63,806 bases of DNA, filler included, from 6 parts of 6 records of this genome joined end to end with filler, not necessarily neighbours in it, one strand, 5' to 3'. Counted from the first letter of the whole stretch, positions 37,340 through 47,679 are shown. Notes: generated by a model not told the origin, from the sequence alone. Made by a program: numbers and translations.

Positions 37340-39777
37340 TTAAACAATTAAAATATCAGTTCCTGTTAGCAATCTTCGTCTTTTTGGGAATGACTACCCG
37401 TGGCCAGAGTTATGTTGTTGATGGTTATGTGATTGAAGAGAGTTTGTTTCTTCCGGTGGAGGCTCAGATCGTGAAAATTAAAAATGAAAATGGCGCACAG
37501 ATTGCCTCAGTGTTAACCAATGAGTCAGGATATTTCGAACAGGAAATTACATTACCTGAAGGAGACCAGTACATATCACTGAGTCTTGACCGTAATTGTA
37601 GTGGGATAATTAACACCTACAACGTGGACCTTGACCTTGATGGCCCGCATCTTTGTTACATTTTTGAAGTTTGTGAAGATATTCCATGCGTAGCCAGGTT
37701 TAACTATGAGCAGCAATCTCCCAATAATTTATTTTATCACTTTACGGACATGTCATTGGTAAATGCATACGAATGGTTTTGGGATTTTGATGACGGGTAT
37801 ACATCTGCACAACAAAATCCGCAGCATTTATTTGAAGCTCCCGGAGAATACAACGTTTCGCTTACAATTACCGGGGAAAATTGCACAACCCAGGCGCAGC
37901 GCACCATATATGCCGATTATCAGAATTGTACTGCCAAATTTTCGTTCGAGCAGGTAAACCAGGGCGAACAACTCGTGGTGAACTTTACCAACAACTCATT
38001 GGGATTTTATACTGCCAGAATCTGGGAATTTGATGACGGCGTTACCTCTACACAACAAAATCCAAAGCACGCTTACCTCCAACCCGGCACCTTTGATGTT
38101 GAACTCACCATTTTTTCGAAATCCTGCTTTAGCAGTCTTCGTAAGGTTGTTCACGTTTTACCACGGCCTGAATGTTATGCCCTGTTTAATCACGAACAGG
38201 TGCTTTCATCGGACCTTCTTGTTCAGTTTGAAGATAAATCAGCCGGAAAATCATTGCTTTTTTGGTATTGGGAATTCGGCGATGGTTATAGTGCTGAAGG
38301 TCAAAATCCGGCCCATATTTATCAGGATACTGGAACTTATGAGGTATCACTTCGTGTTATCAGTACCACAGGACAAAGCTTTTATACACGCACCATTCAT
38401 GTTTCTGAGAGTAATGGCTGTATTGCCGATTTTACCTGGCTTCAGCCTGATCCGGATAATCCCCAGGTTGTTTTCAATAGCCTGACGCCAAATGGTGAAC
38501 TGATTTTTAACTGGGATTTTGGTGATGGTGAGACTTCAACTCTCAAATCCCCGGCACATCAGTATGATGTGTTCGGTACATATGAAGTTTCGCTTGAAAT
38601 TCTGGGGTATGGTTGTAGTGATAATTTTTCTCAAACCATTACACTTGACGAACCTGAATATTGCGACGCCAAATTTACCTGGGAACAGGATTTCCCGCAG
38701 AGCCGTTCCATTCATTTCATTAACCAGTCGTTCGGAAATGAAGTTTCATACCTGTGGGATTTTGGTGACGGGCAAACCTCAGATGCAAATAACCCGATTC
38801 ATACCTACCCATCATCCGGTTCATACGATGTTGAACTCATTGTAAATACAACCGAAGGGTGTTCGGATTCTACTGGTGCCACAATAGAAATCCTGCCTCC
38901 TTTGAATTTATCTGGTGCTGTATATGCCGGTGATAATGCCATCAGCATGGGAAGTATTTTTCTTTACCGGGTTGAAGAGGATGATCAGATTCAATTTCTC
39001 GGAGAGGCTGTCCTGGAGGATGGTTTTTACAAGTTCAATGAATTGACTCCCGGAGACTATTTTTTGCAGGCCATTCCGGTTTATAATTTCCCATTTCCCG
39101 TTATTCCGTTCTATAGCCCGGTTTATTCCGGCGGAGATGTAAAATGGCACAATGCGACAATAATAAATACAGCATCTCTTCCTGATGATGTTAATTTAAA
39201 CCTGATTGCCTATAATGATTTCTTCACCGGAAAGGGTTCTGTAGCGGGGGTAGTTTTACAATCAGGTGAGCCGGACGACCTGCCTTTGATCTTTTATCTG
39301 ACTGATGGTGATGATGACATTTTTCGATTTGTTTTGGCCGAACCTGATGTACAGTTTTCGTTTGATGAAATACCCCTTGGTGTGTATTCGCTAATCCCCG
39401 AAAAAGCCGGAAAAGTAGGCGAGCCGTTTGATTTGCTTTTGGATGAGGGGTTGCCTGATATGCGTGATATCGTTTTCCTGGAAACTGACGTAACAATTAA
39501 ACCGGATTTAAGCAATATCAGTGCGGTATCAAATGCGGGTGAATTGGTAATATTTCCAAATCCCGCAAATCACTTTTTTACCATTGGCCTGCCCGGTACT
39601 GATGGTCTATCTATAGAACTGGAGATGTTTGACGCTACCACCATGCAATTGGTCAACAAAAAGGTTGTAAAGACAGGCATCCCGATTTCAATCCGAAATT
39701 TCAATCCGGGCATTTATGTTGTTGCAGCTACCATTGAAAACCATACCACCTATCAAAAATTGATAGTCAAACAATAG
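37336..39777 (+). CDS. T9SS-secreted protein with five PKD domains
   Basis: Five W(D/E)F(G/D)DG...NP.H repeats; C-terminal IFPNPA...GIY; start overlaps the upstream stop. Confidence 0.9.
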   Translation: MIKQLKYQFLLAIFVFLGMTTRGQSYVVDGYVIEESLFLPVEAQIVKIKNENGAQIASVLTNESGYFEQEITLPEGDQYISLSLDRNCSGIINTYNVDLDLDGPHLCYIFEVCEDIPCVARFNYEQQSPNNLFYHFTDMSLVNAYEWFWDFDDGYTSAQQNPQHLFEAPGEYNVSLTITGENCTTQAQRTIYADYQNCTAKFSFEQVNQGEQLVVNFTNNSLGFYTARIWEFDDGVTSTQQNPKHAYLQPGTFDVELTIFSKSCFSSLRKVVHVLPRPECYALFNHEQVLSSDLLVQFEDKSAGKSLLFWYWEFGDGYSAEGQNPAHIYQDTGTYEVSLRVISTTGQSFYTRTIHVSESNGCIADFTWLQPDPDNPQVVFNSLTPNGELIFNWDFGDGETSTLKSPAHQYDVFGTYEVSLEILGYGCSDNFSQTITLDEPEYCDAKFTWEQDFPQSRSIHFINQSFGNEVSYLWDFGDGQTSDANNPIHTYPSSGSYDVELIVNTTEGCSDSTGATIEILPPLNLSGAVYAGDNAISMGSIFLYRVEEDDQIQFLGEAVLEDGFYKFNELTPGDYFLQAIPVYNFPFPVIPFYSPVYSGGDVKWHNATIINTASLPDDVNLNLIAYNDFFTGKGSVAGVVLQSGEPDDLPLIFYLTDGDDDIFRFVLAEPDVQFSFDEIPLGVYSLIPEKAGKVGEPFDLLLDEGLPDMRDIVFLETDVTIKPDLSNISAVSNAGELVIFPNPANHFFTIGLPGTDGLSIELEMFDATTMQLVNKKVVKTGIPISIRNFNPGIYVVAATIENHTTYQKLIVKQ

Positions 39778-39910
39778 CTCTCCCATCAATTCTGCATGCT
39801 GCATTTTAAATACATCATTTTATTGTGCTTTGTTAGCTGCTGAATAACATTACTTTGGCAGATTAAAAATGGAAAAAGTGTAAATAATCTCAGATTTTTC
39901 AAAGAAATTA

Positions 39911-39937
39911 TGCAACCATTTTTCTATAAAGCATCTT
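39911..39937 (+). promoter_or_regulatory. Second copy of the putative ECF promoter
   Basis: TGCAACC-N13-GCATCTT, followed by about 320 nt with no plus-strand gene. Confidence 0.55.
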
Positions 39938-39944
39938 TAAGTCG

Positions 39945-40220
39945 TAATAAGAAATTCGTTCTTTCATACATTTATTAGGATGATCTCAAACTATTTCGAC
40001 TTTAACTTCTCTCATACACTTGCACAAATTTTACTTTTTGAGATTATTTAATGAATAATTACTATTAAAGGGTGTGTAAAAAATACTGACTGCCTCTGCT
40101 CTGCTTGCTTAACTTGTGAACTGCACTTATCATTACACACCCTTTATTTTTTTCCCCCTTACAGGTTCCTAACCTGTTTTGATACAGTTAATAAAGCATC
40201 TCCCCCAGGATGCTTTTTTT
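39945..40220 (+). ncRNA. Candidate structured small RNA
   Basis: Two long stems enclosing ~50-nt loops, then two terminator-like hairpins; promoter-like motif upstream. Confidence 0.5.
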
Positions 40221-40263
40221 ATTTTTACCCGGGTATTATTCACGAATAACCTAAGATTGAACC

Positions 40264-40815
40264 ATGGAAACCTATATTGCAGTGCTACGCGGAATTAATG
40301 TGAGCGGTAAAAACAAGCTTAAAATGAAAGATCTTGTTGCAGCCCTCCATCAAATTGGTCTCGAGGAAGTTGAAACCTATATTCAGAGTGGGAACTTAAT
40401 TTTTAAACACCAAAATAAATCGACTTCCTTTTTCGAAGGGCTGATCCATACAAGTATTCTCGAGCATTTTGGTTATGATGTTCCGGTGATTGTATTTACC
40501 CGGGCCTACCTGGAAGACATTATAACTTTCAACCCGTTCTTCAAAACTCCTGAAACTGATATCACCAAATTACATGTTACTTTTTTTGCAAAAGAGCCTG
40601 ATGCTGAGGCACATGAATTGATGCAGGCAGCAGATTTTTCTCCGGATAAAATTTTAAAAGGCAAACAGGCTTATTATGGCTATTGCCCGAATGGTTATGG
40701 TAAAACAAAATTCAACAACGATTTTTTTGAGCGTAGATCGAAGGTGAGGGCAACAACCCGAAACTGGAAGACCTGCAATACGCTGCTCGAAATGGCACGT
40801 GATTCAGGATCTTAA
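40264..40815 (+). CDS. DUF1697 family protein
   Basis: YIAVLRGINVSG, TYIQSGN, TTRNWKT. Confidence 0.9.
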   Translation: METYIAVLRGINVSGKNKLKMKDLVAALHQIGLEEVETYIQSGNLIFKHQNKSTSFFEGLIHTSILEHFGYDVPVIVFTRAYLEDIITFNPFFKTPETDITKLHVTFFAKEPDAEAHELMQAADFSPDKILKGKQAYYGYCPNGYGKTKFNNDFFERRSKVRATTRNWKTCNTLLEMARDSGS

Positions 40816-40830
40816 TTTTTGGTATTGAAA

Positions 40831-41196
40831 TCAAATCAAGTCTTTCTCTCTATAAATTTTCACGCCATTTCCTATCATTTCCCGGATTTCTGCAATGAGC
40901 ACATCATCCAGCTTTTTGATGTGAAAACAGCTTTTGCCTTTCAGCATTTTTTGCAGGTCGGGTGAAAGTTTGAAAGCCTCAACATCGGTGTAAACCGGAA
41001 AAAAATACAAGCGGACATCTTTTGGTTTTGGTACTATACTGGCAAAATAGAACCCATCAACTTTTTGTTTGCCCTGCATGGCTTCTTTGGTGCCTGCTAC
41101 TTCCATCCCTTCTTCATTATCAGCCCTAATCTGTAATGGTGGAATATGTTCCAGCAAGAGCTGCTTTAAAGTTTGATGAATTTCCCGAATTTCCAT
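40831..41196 (-). CDS. DUF1801-like protein
   Basis: YFASI...VRLYFFPVY, KMLKGKSCFHIK. Confidence 0.65.
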   Translation of the reverse strand: MEIREIHQTLKQLLLEHIPPLQIRADNEEGMEVAGTKEAMQGKQKVDGFYFASIVPKPKDVRLYFFPVYTDVEAFKLSPDLQKMLKGKSCFHIKKLDDVLIAEIREMIGNGVKIYREKDLI

Positions 41197-41341
41197 ATTG
41201 TTAATGTTTTTGGTTTGCCTGTACCTGATTATTGTTAAACTTAAATTAATTTCCCGATTCTTTGTTCATCAATGATTGGCACATTTTCATTTTTATTATC
41301 TTGCATGCTCATTTTTTTGCAAACCAAAATTTATAATCAAA

Positions 41342-42991
41342 ATGTCAGCAGAAGTGGGTTTTACCTTTTGGGATTATGTGGTATTCATAGCATATGCCAT
41401 CATTATTTTAAGTATTGGATTAATTGTATCTCGCAAAAAGAAAGGTGTTGAACGCAATGCCGAGGATTATTTTCTTGCCGGAAAATCCCTGCCATGGTGG
41501 GCGATTGGCGCTTCACTCATTGCGGCAAATATTTCAGCCGAGCAAATGATTGGAATGTCAGGATCCGGAATGGCACTGGGCCTTGCCATTGCTTCGTATG
41601 AATGGATGGCCGCACTTACACTGATCATTGTCGGAAAATATTTCCTTCCCATTTTCATCGAAAAGGGGTTATACACCATCCCTGAATTTATTGAAAAACG
41701 GTACAGTAAAAACCTGAAAACCATCCTTGCCGTTTTTTGGATTGCACTATTTATATTCGTAAACCTCACTTCTGTTTTATTTCTTGGGGGTAAAGCCCTC
41801 GATACAATCCTGGGAGATGGTGACGGTTCAATGATATTTCCTGCCATCATTGCGCTGGCATGTTTTGCTGCCGCATATTCCATTTATGGAGGCCTGGCGG
41901 CAGTAGCATGGACCGATGTTGTTCAGGTTACGCTATTGATTTTGGGTGGATTTATTACCACACTCATAGCTTTGGATCACGTTACTCCGGATGGTGGTGT
42001 AATTGCCGGTTTCTCGCATGTTTATGAAACTGCCGGTGATAAGTTCCACATGATCCTGAAACCTGAAAATGAATATTTCAAAGACCTGCCGGGAATTGCT
42101 GTTCTTGTTGGCGGGTTGTGGGTCGCTAACCTGTATTACTGGGGCTTCAACCAGTACATTATACAGCGTACACTGGCCGCCAAAAGCCTGCGCGAGTCAC
42201 AGCGAGGAATTGTGTTTGCAGCTTCCCTTAAGCTGATCGTTCCGCTTTTTGTTGTAATTCCGGGCATTGCAGCTTGGATTCTTTTTTCTCAGCCCGAAGG
42301 TACAGCCATTATTGACGGAGTACAGGATGCTTTCACCAAAGCTGATGGAACTACCAATTGGGACAAAGCCTATCCATGGTTGATCAGTTCTTTTATTCCG
42401 GTTGGATTGAAAGGCCTTGTGGTGGCGGCACTGGCTGCGGCCATTGTTTCATCGCTTGCTTCAATGGTAAATTCTACGGCAACGATTTTCACCATGGACA
42501 TTTACAAACCGTATCTCGAAAACAAAACAGCTAAAAATAAAGATGTGGCTGTGGGTCGTATCACTGGTGGTGTTGCCTTGCTGATTGGTGTAGTTGTAGC
42601 ACCCATGCTCGGGAATATCGATCAGGCATTTCAGTACATCCAGGAATACACTGGCCTCGTAAGTCCCGGAATTCTTGCTGTGTTTATGCTTGGATTATTC
42701 TACAAAAAAGCCACCAACAATGGTGCTATTACCGGAATCCTGGCTTCCATTCCGATTGCATTACTGCTAAAAATCCCGGCGTTGGGTTTACCCTGGATGG
42801 ATCAGATGTTCTATACCTTCCTTATCACAATGGCTGTGATTGTTATGGTAAGCCTCTCTACTAACAAGCTTGATGATGATCCAAAGGCGATTATACTGAC
42901 CAACAAAATTTTCATAACAGGCAAAAAGTTTAACATTTCGGCCTATGCCATCATGATTGTGCTGGTTGTGCTTTACACCATCTTCTGGTAA
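41342..42991 (+). CDS. Sodium:solute symporter (SGLT-like sugar transporter)
   Basis: DYFLAGKSLPWWAIGASLIAANISAEQ, YWGFNQYIIQR; likely start MSAEV at 41342. Confidence 0.93.
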   Translation: MSAEVGFTFWDYVVFIAYAIIILSIGLIVSRKKKGVERNAEDYFLAGKSLPWWAIGASLIAANISAEQMIGMSGSGMALGLAIASYEWMAALTLIIVGKYFLPIFIEKGLYTIPEFIEKRYSKNLKTILAVFWIALFIFVNLTSVLFLGGKALDTILGDGDGSMIFPAIIALACFAAAYSIYGGLAAVAWTDVVQVTLLILGGFITTLIALDHVTPDGGVIAGFSHVYETAGDKFHMILKPENEYFKDLPGIAVLVGGLWVANLYYWGFNQYIIQRTLAAKSLRESQRGIVFAASLKLIVPLFVVIPGIAAWILFSQPEGTAIIDGVQDAFTKADGTTNWDKAYPWLISSFIPVGLKGLVVAALAAAIVSSLASMVNSTATIFTMDIYKPYLENKTAKNKDVAVGRITGGVALLIGVVVAPMLGNIDQAFQYIQEYTGLVSPGILAVFMLGLFYKKATNNGAITGILASIPIALLLKIPALGLPWMDQMFYTFLITMAVIVMVSLSTNKLDDDPKAIILTNKIFITGKKFNISAYAIMIVLVVLYTIFW

Positions 42992-43082
42992 CCGAGCGAC
43001 AAAAAAAGTTATTGGGTTATTGCGTTATTAAGTTATTTGGGTCAATTTAACTTAACTCATCTTCCTAAAAAAGGCTATGTAG

Positions 43083-43182
43083 NNNNNNNNNNNNNNNNNN
43101 NNNNNNNNNNNNNNNNNNNNNNNNNNTTAATTAATTAANNNNNNNNNNNNNNNNNNNNNNNNNNNNNNNNNNNNNNNNNNNN
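43083..43182. other. Artificial contig spacer
   Basis: N-run with TTAATTAATTAA. Confidence 0.99.
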
Positions 43183-44157
43183 ATCTTTTTTCTAGTTTCC
43201 AATGATCGAATATATAGCGTTTCTGCCTCTGAGTACTTTCCTTGATCATGATAGAGTCCGGCTAAATTATTAAGCCTTGTAGCCACATCGGGATGTTCTG
43301 ACCCGAATACTCTCTCTGTAATTTCTAATGACTGAATAAACAGGGGTTCCGCCTTAGAGTATTCTCCTTGATTATAGTAAAGACTAGCTAAATTATTGAA
43401 GCTCATAGCTATATCTGGATGCTCTAATCCCAATACATTTTCTCTGATTTCCAATGACTGAATCAACAGAGGTTCTGCTTCAGAGTACCTCCCTTGATCT
43501 TGATAGAGTCCAGCTAAATTATTAAAACCAGTAGCTACTGCTGGATGTTCTGGACCCAATACATTTTCATCAATCTCCAATGACTTGATGTATAGAGATT
43601 CTGCTTCTGGGTATCTCCCCTGATCTTGATAGAGATTAGCTAAATTATTAAGGCTTGCAGCTACACCTGGATGTTTTGCATCTAATATCTTATCTCTAAT
43701 TTCCAATGATTTGACATAAAGAGGTTCTGCTTCTGAGTACCTCCCTTGATCTTGATAGAGACTAGCTAAATTATTAAGGCTTTCAGCAACATCTGGATGT
43801 TCTGACCCCAATATTTTTTCACGCATTTCCAATGATTTGACATGAAGAGGTTCTGCTTCAGAGTATTTTCCTTGATCTTGATAGAGAATAGCTAAATTGT
43901 TGAGACTTTCAGCAACATCTGGATGCTCTGAAGCCAATATCTTTTCTCGAATGTTCAATGATTGGACAAATAGCGGTTCCGCTTTAGAGTATTTTCCTTG
44001 AGCTAGATAGAGATTAGCTAAATTATTAAGACTTTCAGCAACATCTGGATGTTTTGTATCCAACACTTTCTGCCTTATCTCTAATGAACGAGTTAAGGCA
44101 GATTCACATTCTGCAAATCGTCCACGATCATTCAGATATTCCCCTATTGAATTTAAT
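43183..44157 (-). repeat. Tandem 126-bp (42-aa) TPR repeats
   Basis: LNNLA.LY.DQG.YSEAEPL...SLEI.E..LG.EHPDVA.S; 7 complete units and 1 partial. Confidence 0.92.
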
Positions 44158-45980
44158 AGTGCGGCAGATTCTTCTAATTCCAGAGATAACATATAAATAA
44201 GGTTTGAGCAAGCTAGCGCATGAGAGAGTAAACGATCACATAAATCCCAATTTTCAAATTCCACTTCTGGGAAGATTAAATTTATTGCCTTCACTACACG
44301 CTCTGCCCACAAATGCTGAACACTTTCATCTACCCCTTCTTTAATTACAGTTTGAACAAGGCGATGAATGTCATACGTACGATTGTTCCAATTTATGCTT
44401 ATTAACGAAAATTGAGCAAGTGGTTCAATTATTTCATGAAATACAAGAGGGTCTTCTTGTGCTTCCTGAAGTGTCGAAGCAATGTTATCCCCCAACATTT
44501 CATGTCCTTTTATGAAAATATCAAAAGGAATCTTATCACAATGGAGAAAAGCACTCGCAAAAAGTAAATCCACTGAAACCGAAGAAGTATCTTTGATTTC
44601 TTCGAAATTCAACAACCATGTAGTTGCTACAGATTCTGGATACTTATCGGTTGAAATTCTTGATTGTTCAAGTAGCCTCAAACCACGTATTTTATAACTT
44701 GCAAGATACTCATTAAAACTGCACTGCATTTTATGGATATAAGCCCCAGCTTGTTCAATTGCAAGTGGCAGGCAATCGAGTTCTTGTATTATTTTTTTAA
44801 GCGAGTCAACTTCCTTATCATCGAGATCTTTTCTACCTGTGCGTCTTAGGAAAAAATCAAAAGCTTCCTCAGGAAGCATTTTGTTTATTCTAATTGGATT
44901 GGTGATTCCAAGAGTGTCAAAGATTTGTGCTCGCGAAGTTAGCAAAACATGTCCATGTAAGTTACGTGATAAAAATGGTTTAATGATGTCTGGGTTATCC
45001 GCATTATCAAAAACTAAAAGCCAATTGTCATTGGTATTTAGCCAATTCAAAACTACAGATGCTATTAAATTTTGATCTGCATCTTCTTTTACTGGTAGAT
45101 TTAATAGCTTTGCAATAGCTGTGTAATCTGAAACAATTGAATCTTCGAAATCTGCTTTTACCCAGAAAACAAATTCATACTCTTTAAAAAAACGATGAGA
45201 ATACTCGATTGCAGTTTGTGTTTTTCCAATACCACCAAGCCCATAAACTGCTACTGGTTGGGATAAAGCTACTGTTTTTTGCGTTAGAAGAAGTTTGCGT
45301 ATTTCTTCTAATTCTTCATCACGGCCTGTGAAATAAGGATTTGGTGAGTAGGGAATATTTGACTTTGTAGGCGATACCTGTACCTGATGTAGTTCTCCTA
45401 GTACTGGTTTTTTCTTCGATTCTGAAGATTTACCACTTAATGATTTTTCAACTGGCTTGCAGACTTTGCTTTCTTTTTTGATTTGTCTTAAGTCACCCAA
45501 CTCTGGTTTTGAAACTACTTCTTGCGAAGTTAGACGAGCATACAATGTATCGTACTCACCTTCATTGTCTAACAAATAACGAGTGGCACTTTTTAAATAA
45601 ACAGGAATAAACGGAGAATCGTTTGGAGATAAAATCACAGGAATGAATTTTGAATTCTTGCTTGCAGCATCATAAAGTTCCTGTGTTAGGATTGCTCCTT
45701 CCCAAGTAACACCTAATCCTTTTTTAGGTTCTTCCTTGCCCAGAAAGCGCCTTTCATAAATCTCAGTACAAACCACCAGAACGAAATCAGATTTTTCTAT
45801 TTCATTCTGCATCCACCGTGGCCATCCTTCATCTGGTGAATCAATATATTGATCAATGTTGCAATCGACTCCTTCGCTGCGTAATCGATTTGAAAGATTC
45901 AATACGCACTCCTTGTGTTCAGGAGAGTCATGACTATAACTTATGAAAACTCTCGAACTTTCTGGCTCAGAAGTGGTTAT
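43183..45980 (-). CDS. SEFIR - NB-ARC (STAND) - TPR protein, 3'-truncated
   Basis: RVFISYSHDS...IDQY...GWPRWM...GVTWEG SEFIR domain; Walker A GLGGIGKT, Walker B WLLVFDNAD, LPLAIEQA; at least 8 TPRs. Start placed at an ATA codon by inference. Confidence 0.85.
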
Positions 45981-46169
45981 ATTTTTCCCCCCGAAGAAAT
46001 GTTTTAGGTTTAAAAGACTGGATTACTTTCGTAATTAGTAAACTAGTTATATTTGTATAGTTGAATCATGACTATAAATATTTCCATATCAATTTAATCA
46101 GTTTTAATTTTCTGCCGCCATCTCCCACCAACAATGATTATAAATATAATGATTACAAAAATAACCATT

Positions 46170-47552
46170 ATGGAATTCTACAACCGGGAAAAAGAACTCT
46201 CCCTAATGTCCCTCCTTGACAAAAGCAAACCATCCTTTCTGGTAATAACCGGCAAAAGAAGGGTCGGGAAGACCGAGCTTATCAAGCAGTTCAGCAGGGA
46301 CAGACAGGCGCTCTACTTCTTCGTGGACAGCAACAAGAGCATTGACATACTCATGGACGAGTTTGACAGGATGCTCAGGGAGGAAATGGAGCTGCCGGAC
46401 TACATCAATGTAAAGGAACCTGAGAATTTCCTCAAGTTCATCACATCCTATGACAGGGATGTGGTGATAGCCATCGATGAATTCCAGAGATTCCTTAAGA
46501 TATATCCTTCTTTCATCACCCAGCTTCAGCGATACTGGGACATGAAAGCGGACAATTGCAGGGTCTTTCTTATCGTATCCGGTTCTTCCATCGGTATGAT
46601 AAGAAAGATATTCATCGAGGCGAAAGCTCCGCTCTTCAAGCGGGCTGACAACATACTGACCCTGCGGCCTTTCACGGTCCGCGAGACCTTTGCCATGCTT
46701 GATGATATGGGCATCACGGACCTGCAGGAAAAGCTGAACCTGTATTTCCTCTTTGGGGGAACGGTCTACTATTACCGCCTCTTCGAGAAATACCAGTGTA
46801 CAGGCTTCCGGGATGCACTTGAGAAGCTCGTCTTCAGTGAGTTTGCACCACTGAAAGATGAGGTGCGGGATATCCTCATCGAGGAATTCGGCAAGGAACA
46901 CTCAACCTACTATGAGATAATATCCGCCATTTCACAGGGCAAATGTTCCAAAAGTGAGATATCGGAGATGACACACGTATCTTCAAGTTCCCTGTCTCCT
47001 TATTTCTACGACCTTTCAGACCTGCTCGGGATAACAGAGTATAGGATACCCACAACTAACAGTCCTAAAAAGAGTAAGAAAGGGCGATATTTCCTCAAGG
47101 ACAACTTCTTCAGGTTCTATGGACGTTTCATCTATCCTGCTTTGAGTCAGTACATGGCAGGTAGTTATGACCTGATAATGGAAAAAGTACTGCAGGAATG
47201 GCAGAGCTACACCGGGAAAATATTCGAGGACATGACCAGGGAGTTGCTGACGGAAGAATTAATTGACGAATATCCTGAGATTGGAAGCTGGTGGAACCGG
47301 AAGGGTGACGAGGTAGATGTCCTGGCCGTAAATCGTGAGGAAAAAAAGGTGCTTGCCGTTGAGATAAAGAATAGAGAACTCAACAGAAAGGATGCCAGAG
47401 CTATTCTCAACTCTACTCAGGAGAAGACCACACTGATCAACGAGCTTTCCGGCATGGAGTTCAGGATAGGGATTGTTGCAAGGAAAATAGAAGGTCGGGA
47501 ATTACTTGAGAGCGAAGGCTTTCTGGTATGGGAACTGGAAGATTTCTTGTAG
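46170..47552 (+). CDS. Archaeal ATPase with C-terminal DUF234 (PD-(D/E)XK-like) domain
   Basis: FYNREKEL, GKRRVGKT, IDEFQ, SGSS, DNFFRFY, WW....EVDVLA...EIK; likely start MEFYN at 46170. Confidence 0.9.
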   Translation: MEFYNREKELSLMSLLDKSKPSFLVITGKRRVGKTELIKQFSRDRQALYFFVDSNKSIDILMDEFDRMLREEMELPDYINVKEPENFLKFITSYDRDVVIAIDEFQRFLKIYPSFITQLQRYWDMKADNCRVFLIVSGSSIGMIRKIFIEAKAPLFKRADNILTLRPFTVRETFAMLDDMGITDLQEKLNLYFLFGGTVYYYRLFEKYQCTGFRDALEKLVFSEFAPLKDEVRDILIEEFGKEHSTYYEIISAISQGKCSKSEISEMTHVSSSSLSPYFYDLSDLLGITEYRIPTTNSPKKSKKGRYFLKDNFFRFYGRFIYPALSQYMAGSYDLIMEKVLQEWQSYTGKIFEDMTRELLTEELIDEYPEIGSWWNRKGDEVDVLAVNREEKKVLAVEIKNRELNRKDARAILNSTQEKTTLINELSGMEFRIGIVARKIEGRELLESEGFLVWELEDFL

Positions 47553-47679
47553 ACAATTTTTCATTTCAGGATTAAAAACCATTAAATATCGTGTATGTAA
47601 AAATCGTGCAAATTCCACTTTTGAACTCAGCAATTCTAATTAACTAATTATTTAAGTAGCTTCAAAATTGTATTAAAGA

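Noticed and set aside
39908-39967. 19-codon minus-strand ORF (MKERISYYDLKMLYRKMVA) overlapping the sRNA candidate
   Set aside because: Very short, not hydrophobic like a type I toxin, and no independent support; it cannot be fully excluded.
43008-43040. GTTATTnn tandem octamers after the symporter
   Set aside because: Short low-complexity repeat near the contig end with no context to interpret.
43183-44157. Regular 126-bp repeats as a possible CRISPR array or DGR
   Set aside because: They are in-frame coding TPR units with no repeat-spacer structure, and no cas or reverse transcriptase gene is in the window.
46203-46901. 232-aa minus-strand ORF
   Set aside because: Antisense to the ATPase-DUF234 gene.
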